Source of the DNA: Octopus sinensis
Lineage: Eukaryota
DNA: 64,000 nucleotides
Assembly (NCBI RefSeq): GCF_006345805.1
Contig: NC_042999.1
Span: forward strand, 24,428,001-24,492,000
Reading direction: 5' to 3'
In this document: positions 1 through 13,348 of the stretch, piece by piece
How positions within the stretch are numbered: the stretch's first letter is position 1
Layout of the letters: each line of letters opens with the position of its first letter
Position numbers and translations under genes: made by a program
Notes under the pieces: model-generated
The model's database searches: none
Seen by the model: only the letters and a program-made list of their open reading frames with translations
What the model was told of the DNA's origin: nothing

Positions 1-385
1 TTATATATAAAAGTCAAGTTGTGTGTCTGTCTCCTACGATTTAGATTCCTAACTACTCCCACATTTTGCGGTGCAGTTTAACCAAAACCGGGTATCTTAT
101 AGTCGTGATTCATATCGAGCCCTTCTGGGTATTAGCATGAGTCTACGATTTTAAAAATAATTTACCATCATTTTTTTCCATTTTAATGCATTTTTTCGCT
201 ATTATATAAGGGAAGTAACTCTCTAAAAATGTCTCCGATGAGTCAACGATTTAAAAAAAAATTTACCATAATTCTTTTTTCCATTTTTAATGCATTTTTT
301 TGCTATTTTTTGGCTATAACTCTCTAAAAATGCTTATATAGTTATTTCCCTTACAAACCTGAGCAACGCCGGGCGAAACTGCTAG
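1..385 (+). mobile_element. Non-autonomous Helitron family A (5' end cut by the window edge)
   Basis: 3' hairpin (ctga/cccg-agcaacgc-cggg) then CTAG followed by T; same family as 19634-20017. Confidence 0.85.
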
Positions 386-510
386 TTACTGTATATTACT
401 ATGACAGTTAGCAGATGCCTGAGGACTAAGCCTTAACGGACTCCAACCTTAATGCTAATTTTATCACTGAATTCATTATTGAGTCTCGTTTTACTGACTG
501 TATCTTTGTA

Positions 511-1835
511 CAAGGTGGTCTCAAAAAGTTCTCAGTCTAGCTATGTTTAATATAAAAAAAAATAACTTATTTACATAAGTTTTAACATCATCTCCCTCAA
601 AGTAGTCACCTTGCACTGCAATACACAGTCCCAGCATTCCTGCCACTTATAGAATCTGGCCTGGTAGTCATTTTCTGTGAGTCGAGGACTTCCAGCGCTC
701 TGCACTGGATATCGACAGTGAGGTTTAAAGTGGCGACCTTTGAGCTGCATTTTCATCTTGGGGAAGAGGTGGAAGTCAGCAGGTGATAGATCTAGTGAAT
801 AGGTCAGGTGCGGAAGCAATACCATGTTTATGGCAAGAATCTTATGAATGAGGAGAGTTTAGTGACGGATTGCATTGCCATCGTGATCCACAGTTCCAGT
901 CATTTTCATTGAATGTTCTCCCTCGGATATTTCAAAACGTCACAGTAGAACTCTCAATTGATGGTCTGGCCCTGAGGAACAAATTCTCGATGCACAATAC
1001 CACATTTCCAGGAGTGACACCCATGGCAGGTCTTCCAGATTGCTCATCATCTCCCAGGAACATTTTTCGGATCTTTTCGGTTTGAATGGCAGTTTTTTCT
1101 AGCAGTGTCATATGAAATTGTCACCAATAATTATGACCCTAGAATCGATCTATTGCATTTCAATCTGTTTTAGGGTTAGGAGTGGGGGAAGGGTATCTTT
1201 TTTTCTTCACAAATGTAAATAAACCCAATCTGTTTCTTAAATGAGGGACATATTCATACGGCACAGAATGCTTTTTAACTCAATAGATGTCATTGATTGG
1301 TTGAAATTGCAGAAATTGAAGAAAAAAAAACAACAAATATCTTACAGACTATAGAATTTTCTCAATAAAGCCAAGAGAAAAAGATGTTTTATAAATACAT
1401 TCTACTAGTATACAAAGTTTAAAATTTTTTAGTTACCTAGAAATTATGTTTAAAAACTACCATTCAAACCGAAAAGATCCCATTTTTCTTCTTTTGAAGT
1501 ACCCATGGCCACTTGAAACACTGCATAGAGCCAATTGCCTTGTTGCCGTAATCATGCCAAAGCATGCTCAATGTCCGTGTAGCAGACTTCCCAAGTTTAA
1601 CGCAAAATTTCACATTGGCTCTTTGTTCCTGTTAATGATAAATTCAGACCACAGCATACGCATGATCACAAAAACACAAATTTCCCAACTTGCAAAGTAA
1701 ACACAACAATGTCACTCAGTACACTGCACACTGCCCCACGAAGGTCACTGCTAGCTCTCACTGCGCATGCAACTGTGTGCTGCCATCTGTTGATATGCTA
1801 CAGAACAAGTTCAGGAACTTTTTGATACCACCTCG
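511..1835 (-). mobile_element. Decayed mariner transposon interrupted by a MITE
   Basis: TA-flanked imperfect TIRs (caaggtggtctcaaaaagttc / gaactttttgataccacctcg); YSLDLSPADFHLF (YSPDLAP-like) remnant. Confidence 0.85.
1069..1480. mobile_element. MITE with GGATCTTTTCGGTTTGAA TIRs (Merlin- or hAT-like)
   Basis: Terminal inverted repeats, 8-bp TSD catttttc. Confidence 0.9.
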
Positions 1836-1879
1836 TACATAGTTTGTACACCCTGTATAAGCTATTTGTCTTCAACTAA

Positions 1880-3190
1880 TCTCTTTAATGACCAACCAAA
1901 TTACTGAATTACCCTGTCAAAAGGCCTTTACCCAATCGATGAATACCCTGAATAGTGGTTTACTCTCAGCCAAGTATTTCTCCTTCACTTGTCTCACTAG
2001 GAAGATTGCATCCATGATGCCTATTCTAGGCACAAAGCCAAACTGCATCTCATCTAGGTTTACTGTTTCAAATCAATTATGTTGTGACTCTCTCTATGAC
2101 TTTCATAGCTTATCCAGCCTGGGTGATTACCATGTATTCTTTCTTACCAAATATTTTAAGCATCTCTGCAACTATCCTTGATAGACCAGCTTTTCCTTTA
2201 TGTCCTTAATCATTCTATCTACCATACTGCTATCAACTTGAAATACCTATTTCTTTACTACCCACAAGGGGCTACACACAGAAGGGACAAACAAGGACAG
2301 GCACACGGATTAAGTCGATTATATCGACCCCAGTGCGTAACTGGTACTTAATTTATCGACCCCGAAAGGATGAAAGGCAAAGTCTACCTCGGCGGAATTT
2401 GAACTCAGAACGTAGCGGCAGACGAAATACCGCTAAGCATTTCGCCCGGCATGCTAACGTTTCTGCCAGCTCGCCGCCTTGAAATACCATTCCCTCTGTA
2501 TGGTCAGCATGTGGTAGCCCTTCTTTATCCCATGCATTCTCCACATTCAACAGCCTTTCATAATGGCACTTTCATGCCACTTTATTGTCTTTATTGGCAA
2601 GTAACCCTTCAGCATTTTGGATACATTTCTCCCTAATGACATTTCAGTTCTCTCTCACACTGCAGTACATGTGAAAATTTCTTCCTTGTTGCCTCTCCCT
2701 TAAACTAAGTATACCTATCGCCTAGCTGCCCTTCTAGCTACTTGATAATGCTCTCTACTCACACCTTTCCAAGTTTTTCAAGTAACTCTTAGCTTTTACA
2801 GCCATATTGTTCTACCACTAAATCACCTTCTAATCTGTAACCTTAAACAAGTTATTTTGTCGGAATCCCCAGGTATCTGAATCTTTTTCTCTACAGTCAT
2901 ACACGACAAGTAGAATTTCTCTAAATCTATTCTAATTGTGAGTTCTTTTAGCTTCCATGTCTTCCTTCTCCATGTCGTCTTCTGTCTCTTTACCTGCCTA
3001 GCCCTGACTCTGAAGTTACTTTTCTTGAGTAGTGCATTGTTCACCAGGAAAAGCTTTGGTATTACAATGGTCTGTCCATTCCATTCTCTGATGAAAATGA
3101 AATCTGACTTGAGTTTTCACCAGATTAGCAGGGAATAAGGTGGTTAGCTAGCAACTTGAAGTCTATGTTGCACACTGTTTAGTTGCAACA
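1880..3190 (-). mobile_element. Degenerate RTE-clade LINE fragment (RT), split by a SINE
   Basis: Remnant translation MQFGFVPRIGIMDAIFLVRQVKEKYLAESKPLFRVFID. Confidence 0.75.
2248..2479 (-). mobile_element. tRNA-derived SINE family A (core gtcgactttgcctttcatcctttcggggtcgat)
   Basis: A/B-box head and conserved core; many copies in the window. Confidence 0.85.
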
Positions 3191-3231
3191 CCATACTCCA
3201 GAAGCCTTACCTCCTCCCCAATTCTCATACC

Positions 3232-3627
3232 TATTTCTTTACTACCCACAAGGGGCTAAACATAGAGGGGACAAACAAGGACAGACAAACGGATTAAGTC
3301 GATTATATCAACCTCACTGCGTAACTGGTACTTATTTAATCGACCCTGAAAGGATGAAAGGCAAAGTCGACCTCGGCAGAATTTAAACTCAGAACGTAAC
3401 GGCAGATGAAATACCTATTTCTTTACTACCCACAAGGGGCTAAACACAGAAGGGACAAACGGATTAAGTTGATTATATCGACCCTAGTGCGTAACTGGTG
3501 CTTATTTAATTGACCCCAAAAGGATGAAAGGCAAAGTCGACCTTGGCAGAATTTGAACTCACAACGTAACGGCAGACGAAATACCGCTCAGCATTTCGCC
3601 CGGCGTGCTAACGATTCTGCCAGCTCG
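3232..3627 (-). mobile_element. Two tandem SINE family A copies
   Basis: Repeated tatttctttactacccacaagggg 3' end. Confidence 0.85.
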
Positions 3628-4259
3628 ACGTAGCCATAGGCTCCAGGGATATCATAGAATCCATCATCCTACCAAAGTCTCCACCTGTAATAATGAGCAT
3701 ACTGTCAGTTCTCATTAAGTTGGTCTATAGAAGAATGTCAAATGTAATTACTTATTTATTCACATTGTTTTAAATTAATCATGAATTATTTTGTAGCTTC
3801 AAGATTTTGATGATATGATTGTTTTTAGATTGTTGTTGTTGGTTAGGTGTGAGACACCAGATCTGGCCAATTTGAACATAAAGCAGATAGAATAGTCTGG
3901 CTGGTTAAAAGCTAAATGGTTAATAAATTATTATTTTCAGATCTTTCAGGCTGCCCACTGGCACTGATGCCATTCTTGCAGGCCCCTTCAGACTCTTACA
4001 AAAAGCTTTGAACCCCAGTCAGCTGCAAGTGCATGTACTTTTCTGCTGCAGTGCATGTACTGTCCTCAACTGACAAAGTCCTCACTCCTACACCAGATGT
4101 TCTGGATGCTCTCTGTCTCAGATATCCGGGCCCTCCAGAAAATATCAGGGATATCAGAGACACAGCCTTGACTATGACATGGCTGCTGCCATGAGAGTCT
4201 TCCCTGTGAGCAGCAGTGGTGGAGCTGGTGTCCTGCAAGCTGGTTGCCCTAAAGATTTA

Positions 4260-6060
4260 ATTTTGCACACTCTGCCAAGGTGGACACATGCTTGTTCCAA
4301 TCTGTCACCATTTTGACAGACTGGCTTCTTTATGCGGATCTCCCCTGTCATGCCCTAGATCTTCTCTTCCTAGCCAACCTGATTGTCCTGAAGAAAAAGG
4401 ATGAAAGCATTTGTCCTATAGCAGCGTGAAATGTCTTCCTTCATCTTGCAGCTTGGCTAGTTTGTAGATCAGTCAGTGATGACCTGAGTGAGGCACTCAT
4501 CCTTGTCCAGCTGGGGATGGGAGTCAAGAGTGGTTGTGAGGTTGCTGCCCATACTGCCCGACACTTTATACGGCACACACATCCTTCATCTCCTTGCCTC
4601 TTACTGAAGTTGGATTTTAAAAATGCCTTCAATAGTGTCAAATGCAACCACATCTTGGAAACATGTCTAAACATGCCCCCCTCATTATATCCACTCACAT
4701 ACCTCTCCTATGGTACACGCTGCTCGTTCATAGCTGCTGACAACAGGATTGCTTCTTCCACAAGTGTCTGCTGGGTGACCCTCTTGGTCTACTCCTTTTT
4801 GCTCTAGCTGTCAACAATGTTGCCCGATCAGTCCACTTACCCTTCAATGTCTAGTACCTGGATGACACAACCCTGGGTGGCCCAGCTGAGTCTGTTGTTA
4901 GGGACCTTCAGCAGGTTATAAAACTTCTTGGACTTGAGATCAACCCATCCAAGTAGGAGGTGATTAATGTGAGCTATAGCAAGGCCAAATTTCGAGATGC
5001 TATACTCAGTATCCAGTCTGTCTTGGCCAGGGTTCAGCTGACACCTAAGGATGCTGTCTGCATGCTTGGTTCCCCCAATCCTCCCAAAAAGGTATAATAG
5101 AGTGTCTAGAAAACAAGCTTGTGGGCTTGTCCAGGATGATTAATTGATTGCACCTTATTGATGTGCACTTGGCGGCACTCTTCCTCTTAAGGAATTGCTC
5201 TGCCTAAGCTGCTGTTCTTGCCACTGTGCACCATATCGCTCTCTCAGAGACCACCTCTGTGATTTCAGCAACACCATCCAGTACTGTACCAAATTGATGT
5301 GCAATGTCAGTTTTGACAATGCTGGCTGACAACAGGCTAAACTGCCTCTTAGATTCAGGGATCTTGGTCTCTGATCTGCCAACGTATCTTTCCTTGGTCT
5401 CCTTCAGCTGCACCCTCATTGGGAAGATACTCCATGAGATAGCCATATCTGATGTGGCCCTGAAATTGGAGTCAGCCCTAGCCAGTTGGACCACTGATGG
5501 GCTCGCCATCCCCCAGAATATATGTCCAATGCAACTGGGACAACATCAGATGCAAGTCGACCCTTGAGCAGCTAGAGACATCACTAGATCAGCACCACCT
5601 TGCATTCCTCCATTCCACCTTGTAGCCAAGTAGAGGCACATGGCTCAATTCAGTGCCCTCTTCATCTACTACTACCCTTCTAGATGACGTGTGCACCCAT
5701 ATTGAAGTTGCCCGATACTTTACTCTCCACATGTGTGAGTTACACAGATGTTGCTGCAGAGCAGCTGTAGCATGGATCAATTCCTCCAAAACACCATGCT
5801 AAATGACATAATCAGAAGGGGTTTGACACAGCTGGCTTCACATCTCAACTTGAGCCATTCAAGGGAGGCAGATCTCTAGTATGGGACACATGCAGTAACA
5901 CATTCTCGAGCTCCAACCTTGCAGTATCTACTGCAAACCCTGGGGTTGCTGCCCATAATGTAGAGGAGAAAAAAAATCAATAAATACAGGAGCCTGTCCA
6001 GCTACTATCGGTTTGTGTTGGTTGCCATTGAGGCGTGAGGTTTTTCTAGGACCCTATACT
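4260..6060 (+). mobile_element. Degenerate CRE-like (restriction-like-endonuclease) non-LTR retrotransposon
   Basis: LKLDFKNAFNSV, YLDD-like motif, WLNSVP, Cys cluster, GRSLVWD and KY...RFV.VAIE remnants with stops and frameshifts. Confidence 0.75.
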
Positions 6061-6063
6061 ACT

Positions 6064-6293
6064 AAGGCGGTGAGCTGGCAGAAACGTTAGCGCACCGGGC
6101 GAAATGCTTAGCTGTTTTTCGTCTGTCGTTACGTTCTGAGTTCAAATTCCGCCGAGGTCGACTTTGCCTTTCATCCTTTCGGAGCCGATAAATTAAGTAC
6201 CAGTTTCGCACTGGGGTCTATGTAATCAACTTAATCTCTTTGTCTGTCCTTGTTTGTCCCCTCTATGTTTAGCCCCTAGTGGGTAGTAAAGAT
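6064..6293 (+). mobile_element. SINE family A
   Basis: Matches the other copies. Confidence 0.85.
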
Positions 6294-6699
6294 ATATATA
6301 CTACTGATCTCCTCTGCAAAATAGGGATGACAGCAGCCCATTGGGAAAAATGAGCACTGCAAGTTGGAGTGGCTGCTGCAGTGAGTGGCACTGGCCATTC
6401 TCTGCAGCAATACCGTTGCAGTCATTACCATGAGGCACAGCTGAGCACCCCACTTGCTCTGGGATATGTGGCCCATCGCCTCCTCCCCCTCCTTTTTTTT
6501 CTTTTTTCTTACTCTTCTTTTCTTATCTCTGTTCTTCCCTGATCTTTTTTGTATTCTCATGAAATAAAAAACTTTCATCTAATTTGTAAAAAAATATTTT
6601 CGCATTTTTCTCTTACTTTATTTTTATTAATTTTCTTTTATTTTTTTCTTTCCTTTTTTTCTTTTTCTAGTATATTATAATTTGAAGAGACTTCGCATC

Positions 6700-6894
6700 A
6701 TGTCTTCAAGTTGCTTTCTTCGACCACTTCCTCTCTCTATGCTCCTACTCATCTCATTCTCCCTTGTATATTTGGTCTTTGATGCATATTCAGTCTACAA
6801 GATCCCATTTCGTCTTCTTCCACGGAAAACTGAGCATGACCGAAATCGTGACTATTCTCGGTGGCCAACCTACAAGCACATGAATTTCAATAAT
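6700..6894 (+). CDS. GalT/HIT-like gene, coding exon 1 (MSSSCFLRPLPLSMLLLISFSLVYLVFDAY...MNFNN), with signal-anchor-like segment
   Basis: Acceptor ctttttctag at 6670, ATG at 6700, open frame to donor GTAAGT at 6895 (phase 0), hydrophobic stretch. Assignment as the first coding exon is inferred. Confidence 0.7.
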
Positions 6895-7170
6895 GTAAGT
6901 CAAACTGAATTTATACATTGATTTTTGTTCAGGAAGTCATTGATTTTTCTCATTATCTATCTGTTTTATTGAATTAAACATTTACAGCTGTGTAAACTGT
7001 ACTGTATCAACCTACTTTAGAAATGAATTAGCTTTGTAGGTAAGCTATTGAATCCCTTGCTGCAAGTGGAAGTCCAGTATGGACATGTTCTGTATTGCCT
7101 TTTCACTCCAACTATGTGATCTGGTATCTGACTCTGACTCACTTGCAATGTTATTTTTATTAAATTTGTG

Positions 7171-7589
7171 GGATCTTTTCGGTTTGAACGGCAGTTTTTT
7201 CTAGCGGTGTCATATGAAATTGTCACCCATAATTATGACCCTAGTATCGATCTATTGCATTTCAATCTATTTTAGGGTTAGGGTTAGGGGTGGGTGGAAG
7301 GGTATCTTTTTTCCTTCACAAATGTAAATAAACCCAATCTGTTTCTTAAACGAGGGACATATTCATACAGCACAGAATGCTTTTTTACCTCAAATACGTC
7401 AGTGATTGGTTGAAATTGCAGAAATTGAAGAAAAAAACAACAACAAATATCTTACAAACTATAGAATTTTCTCAATAAAGCCAAGAGAAAAAGATGTTTT
7501 ATAAACACATTCTACCAGTATACGAAGTTTAAAATTTTTTAGTTACCTAGAAATTATGTTAAAAACTGCCGTTCAAACCGAAAAGATCC
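7171..7589. mobile_element. Same GGATCT-TIR MITE
   Basis: TIRs, 8-bp TSD aatttgtg. Confidence 0.9.
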
Positions 7590-7879
7590 AATTTGTGTCC
7601 TAGCCAGGAGCAAGATTTACGTCTCATCTACTCCAAACTATGATACTAGAGCTAAATACCAACACTTTGAGAATCCTCAAGAGTCAGTAAGTGATAATTT
7701 AAAATGAGGAATTTGTAGTTTTCGCAAGTATGGAAATTTAAATATCACTATGTTATCCAGTTGATAAAGCCTGTGACAATCAGCAATTTCTAACTAGTTT
7801 TGATACATACAAGTTTTGAATAGCATAAAATGCGTTTAAGATATTCCTCAGAGTCTTCTTACTACTCGCTGGAAGAGTC

Positions 7880-8232
7880 TAACATTTGTTGGACTCACAA
7901 TCACGAGGTAGTGAGTTCAATTCCCAGACCGGGCTGTGTGTTGTGTTCTTGAGCAAGACACTTTATTTCATGTTGGCCAACATGAAATAAAGTGTCTTGC
8001 TCAAGAAGTTCACTCAGCTGTAGAAATGAGTTGCAACGTCATTGATACCAATCTGTATTTGCCTTTGCCTTTCCCTTGGATAACATCAGTGGCATGGAGA
8101 GGGGAGGGTGGTATTCATGGGTGACTGCTGGTCTTCCATAAACAACCATGTACGGACTTGTGCCTTGAAGGGGAAATTTCCAGGTGCAATCCCATGGTCA
8201 CTCATGACCAAAGAGGATCTTTACCCTTTACC
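7880..8232 (+). mobile_element. tRNA-derived SINE (gtgttcttgagcaagacacttta domain, (tttacc)n tail)
   Basis: B-box gagttcaattccc; degenerate relatives near 17470 and 36350. Confidence 0.65.
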
Positions 8233-8332
8233 CTGGTTATTTTACTCCAGGCCTACTCTAATCAAGCAGATCTGTGATCAAAGGCATGACAAGCTATGAA
8301 AATCCCATCTTTAAGAGTAAATTAGGCTAGAT

Positions 8333-8530
8333 CAGTGGTTCCCAAACTTTTTAGAGTCGTGACTCACTATTTATCACACCAGTTTATGACGACCCACTTA
8401 TAAGTCTTGAACTATCTCGATAGACAGTTGTTAATCAAAGCTAATGCGTAATTTTATAACTTTTTGCGACCCACTAAGATTCCGTTCGCGACCCATCTGT
8501 GGGTCACGACTCGTAGTTTGGGAACCACTG
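8333..8530. mobile_element. hAT-type MITE
   Basis: TIR CAGTGGTTCCCAAAC, 8-bp TSD ggctagat. Confidence 0.9.
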
Positions 8531-8784
8531 GGCTAGATCAATCTTGTTCTGATATGGCAATAGAGAGATTTTGATGATTGATATTCCTTGCAAGTTGAAC
8601 GACTAAATAGAGGCTCCATGAAATAGGGAGGTAATGCAGTTTTACCTTAGTAATTGCTGTCATGGCATCACCATTCATGAATAAGATAACTAGTTCTTTA
8701 TCAGTTGGAAGGTTGTAACATTCCAGATCTTTGTCTTTGATAACATGATTTCCAAGACATTAGTTTTTCATTCATATGTATATC

Positions 8785-9009
8785 TATTTCTTTACTACCC
8801 ACAAGGGGCTAAACACGGAAGGGACAAACAAGGACAGACAAAGGGATTAAGTCGATTATATCGACCCCAGTGCGTAACTGGTACTTAATTTATCGACCCC
8901 GAAAGGATGAAAGGCAAAGTCGACCTCGGCGGAATTTGAACTCAGAACGTAACGACAGACGAAATACGACTACGCATTTCACCCGGCGTGCTAACGTTTC
9001 TGCCAGCTC
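8785..9009 (-). mobile_element. SINE family A
   Basis: Matches the other copies. Confidence 0.85.
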
Positions 9010-9202
9010 ACTGCATTATATATTTTTATATTATATTTATATATATATATTTTATACCCTTATATATTTTTACTCATGCATATCATTTTAACATGCTATG
9101 CTTTCCTTCACATTTTATACATACACTCACATTCACTAACAGATATATATACACACACTCACACACACATGCACATATATAGTTTACATTTGTGTGTTTC
9201 AG

Positions 9203-9303
9203 GAATGGTTCAAGTTACACTGTTGGAACAATGAGAAAATTTCAATCTCTAATCTATATTCTGTCCTGAAGACACTAAAAATGTCTTCACTCAGTGAGTG
9301 CAG
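9203..9303 (+). CDS. GalT/HIT-like gene exon 2 (EWFKLHCWNNEKISISNLYSVLKTLKMSSLSEC)
   Basis: tttcag acceptor, GTAAGT donor, phase 0 to 2; fits both neighbouring exons. Confidence 0.75.
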
Positions 9304-10065
9304 GTAAGTCGGTCTCTGTAGATCTTCCTAGTGAACTTTCCTAAATGTTGGCCTATTCGTCATTGCCTCTACTTGTGCTTCTTTATTTCTTGCATCTTGT
9401 TTTTTGTCCATTTCCATATATGTCTTTCTCTTCCTCTTTTCTTTTGCCTCACAGTCTTTTTCAACATATATTTAACTATTTATCTACATCTATCAGTATA
9501 TTCTCTCCAACTGTCTGCATATTTGCACATAAGATTAATGCATGTATCAGTTCCACATAGCCCCTGCCCATTCAAAGTACCCCGGATCCCAGATAGTCCT
9601 GCTGTGCCTGAGGAGATCTGTTGAGTCAAGTACATGAACATGAACGTCGAAATAAATATCAATGGAAATAGGAGTTATGATGCCTGTGCCGGTGGCACAT
9701 AAAAAGTACTATCCGAACGTGGCCGATGCCAGCGCTGCCCCGATTGGCCTCTGTGCCGGTAAGACCATCCGAACGTTGCCAGATCAGACTGGAGCCTGGA
9801 GCGGCCCCTGGCTTCCCAGACCCCGGTCGAACCGTCCAACCCGTGCTAGCGCGGAAAACGGACGTTAAACGATGATGATGATGATGATGTACACATGCGC
9901 ATATATACATATCAATCAGATGATTGTATTTCACACCTGTGTTAAATTACCATTTGTTTACTATACATATGTTTGTTCATTTTTACATGTTTACCTGAAA
10001 CTTTTCATAGGTTTATCACACCTACAGTCATGAAGTGAATTCTTATGTGTTGGGTGGGATATATG

Positions 10066-10099
<34 letters not shown>

Positions 10100-10560
10100 A
10101 TATATATGTATGTATATATATATATATGTATGTATATATATATATATGTATGTATATATATATATATGTATGTATATATATATATGTATGTATATATATA
10201 TATGTATGTATGTATATATATATGTATGTATATATATATGTATGTATATATATATGTATGTATGTATATATATATGTATGTATGTATATATATGTATGTA
10301 TGTATATATATTGTATGTATGTATATATATATGTATGTATATATATATGTATGTAGTATATATATATGTATGTATATATATGTATATGTATGTATATATA
10401 TGTATGTATGTATGTATATATATATATGTATGTATATATATATATGTATGTATAATATATATGTATGTATATATATATATATATGTATGTATATATATAT
10501 ATGTATGTATATATATATATGTATGTATATATATATGTATGTATATATATATATGTATGT

Positions 10561-10598
<38 letters not shown>

Positions 10599-10655
10599 GT
10601 ATGTATATATGTATGTATATATGTATGTATATATGTATGTATGTATATATGTATG

Positions 10656-10689
<34 letters not shown>

Positions 10690-10713
10690 TGTATGTATGT
10701 ATATATATATATG

Positions 10714-10745
<32 letters not shown>

Positions 10746-11014
10746 TATGTATGTATATATATATATATGTATGTATATATGTATGTATATATTATGTATG
10801 TATATATATGTATGTATGTATATATATGTATGTATGTATATATGTATGTATGTATATATATATATGTATGTATATATATATGTATGTATATATATATATG
10901 TATGTATATATATATGTATGTATATATATATGTATGTATATATATATGTATGTATATATATATATGTATGTATATATATATATGTATGTATATATATATG
11001 TATGTATATATATG

Positions 11015-11059
<45 letters not shown>

Positions 11060-11085
11060 GTATGTATATATATATATACATACAT
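10066..11085. repeat. ~1-kb (TA)n/(TATG)n microsatellite
   Basis: Directly visible. Confidence 0.98.
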
Positions 11086-11135
11086 CATCATCATCATCAT
11101 CATTTAACGGACGCTAAATGATGATGATGATGATG

Positions 11136-11166
<31 letters not shown>

Positions 11167-11701
11167 TAAGTATGTATATATGTATGTATATATATATAAG
11201 TATGTATATATGTATGTATATATATATAAGTATATATATATGTATGTATGTATATATATATATATAAGTATATATATGTATGTATGTTAGGAAAGGCATC
11301 CAGCTGTAGAAACATTGCCAGATCGGATTGGAGCCTTTTGCAGCCTTCTGGCTCGCCAACCCTCAGTCAAACCGTCCAACCCATGCCAGCATGGAAAGCG
11401 GATATTAAATGATGACAATGACACATGTGTCTTTACATCTGTTTGCAGATGTATGGGGTTGTTTTAGCTTTTCTAATAAATCTTCAGTAATCAGTATTCC
11501 TGTGTACTGACCAAATTCACATAACCTTAGTTACACATATATCACTAAACACATGCAACATACCTTGACTGTTACAATATATTTCCTATACAAACAGCCA
11601 TATTTCATGATTCTCTTGTGTGTGGATTTTAGTTAATCTGCTTTGGTCTATTTCGTTTTTGGATTTGGTCTGCAAGATTCTTTATATGAGTTCGTGTGTT
11701 G

Positions 11702-12070
11702 AAGCATATTCTGTTGTGTCTGGGGAGAGTCATTCTCTTTTAGTGCCTTATAATTTAACACACTCGCCGGTAAAATTTCCACTTATTTCCTTTTTATTTT
11801 CTAAAATTTTCGTTGCGTCTTGCAACCTTTTCAATAGTCTTGAAATAGTCTTTAACACACTCACTGGTAAAATTTCCACTTATTTCTTTTATTTTTATTT
11901 TTCTAAAATTTTCGTTGCGTCTTGCAACCTTTTCAATAGTCTTGAAAAGGTTGCAAGACGCAACGAAAATTTTAGAAAATAAGAAATAAGTGGAAATTTT
12001 ACCGGTGAGTGTGTTAAATAATAAGGCACTAAAAGAGAATGACTCTCCCCAGACACAACAGAATATGCTT
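11702..12070. mobile_element. Penelope-like tandem-plus-inverted terminal-repeat remnant
   Basis: Arms aagcatattctg... / ...cagaatatgctt, internal tandem duplication, hammerhead-like motifs. Confidence 0.6.
11801..11837 (-). ncRNA. Variant minimal hammerhead motif (U3-A8 core)
   Basis: CTA-TTGAAAA-G-GTTGC(aagac)GCAAC-GAAA-ATT-T-TAG; stem I is only 3 bp. A second copy lies at 11903-11939. Confidence 0.5.
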
Positions 12071-12120
12071 TGGTTTAATTACATTTCTGTTTTTTAAATA
12101 CATATTTCTCTCTCCATCAG

Positions 12121-12259
12121 AGAACTATATGACAGAATCTCCAGTATATTCAGTGTAACTCAGAGGTCAGGTCAACTTGTGCTACCATCCCCATTTGTTG
12201 TGAAAGTGAGAAAATGGTTAGGTGGGAATCCATCATTATTTGAAGAAGCTAAATATCAG
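12121..12259 (+). CDS. GalT/HIT-like gene exon 3 (ELYDRISSIFSVTQRSGQLVLPSPFVVKVRKWLGGNPSLFEEAKYQ)
   Basis: ccatcag acceptor, GTAAGT donor, phase 2 to 0, open frame. Confidence 0.85.
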
Positions 12260-12274
12260 GTAAGTAAAATGTTT

Positions 12275-12308
<34 letters not shown>

Positions 12309-13022
12309 GTCCAAGATAAATTTTTGTTTATAAGATTATAATTTTCTAGACTTTTAACTTTATCTTTAGAGCGTATCTTTTATCTAATACTTGTTTCAGT
12401 CATTAGACCACGGCCATACTGGAGCACCATCATTAAGGATTTTAGTCAAGTGAATCAACCCCAGTACCATTTTACTTTAAAGCCTGTACTTATTCTATCA
12501 GTCCCTTTTGCCAAACTGCCAAGTTACAAGGACATAAACACACTAACACTGGTTGTTAGGTGGTGGGAGGAGACAAAGATACACACAGATAGATATATAT
12601 ATATATAAGATGGACTTCTTTCAGTTTCCATCTATGAAATCCACTCACAAGGCCTTTGTTTGGCCCAAGGCTATAGTAGAAGACGCTCACCCAAGGTGCT
12701 ACGCAATGAGACAACCCAGAACCATGTGATTGGCAAGCAAACTGCTTACCACACCGCCACCTGTACAAAGTTTATATGTACATAACATTATTGACTGATC
12801 TGATTTCAGGTGTTTCATTTCTGAATGAATTCACATTATGCACTCTTATTTCTAAACTTATTTATGAGCAATAGAGCCAGACCAGTGAGAGTTAGTCAAA
12901 AAAAAAATCTATATAGTGAGAATTTACAAAAAAAAACAAAAGATCAAAAGATGAATGTGTAAAGAACAAACAGATGTATTAATTCAATGCTTGGGAAGTG
13001 AGGAAGTCTTTTACAATATACC

Positions 13023-13058
<36 letters not shown>

Positions 13059-13064
13059 ATATAA

Positions 13065-13348
13065 CCCTTTCATTACTGTATTTATTTTGAGATGCTCTGT
13101 GTTTCTTTCTATTATTTTAAGCATAACAAAGAATTTAGTAAAATAACTTAGTTATATGGTGGTGCCCCAGCATGGCCACAGCTCGTGAGCTGAAACTAGA
13201 TAAAATAAAAAAAAAATAAAATTATCATTAAGCTAGTGTTAAGAACATAAACTGTGACTAAGGCTTGGTGGAAGATTTTAATTCAAAACTTATGAAAACA
13301 AGACATTTTACCACAGAGCCAGTTTTGGCCGGGTTAGTAACAAAAGGG
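13065..13348. mobile_element. piggyBac-type MITE
   Basis: (T)TAA|CCCTTT..GTAAC..AAAGGG|TTAA ends; second copy at 42683-42902. Confidence 0.75.

Noticed and set aside
3085-3105. CTGATGA-aaat-GAAA (and the CTGATGA at ~55245-55251 on the minus strand)
   Set aside because: Chance matches inside LINE coding remnants with no supporting stems
10035-11121. Long Y/I/M/C/V or H/T/Y ORFs (also near 15000-15500, 25650-26100, 47850-48100, 49200-50100)
   Set aside because: Translations of TA/TATG/CA microsatellites that lack stop codons by composition
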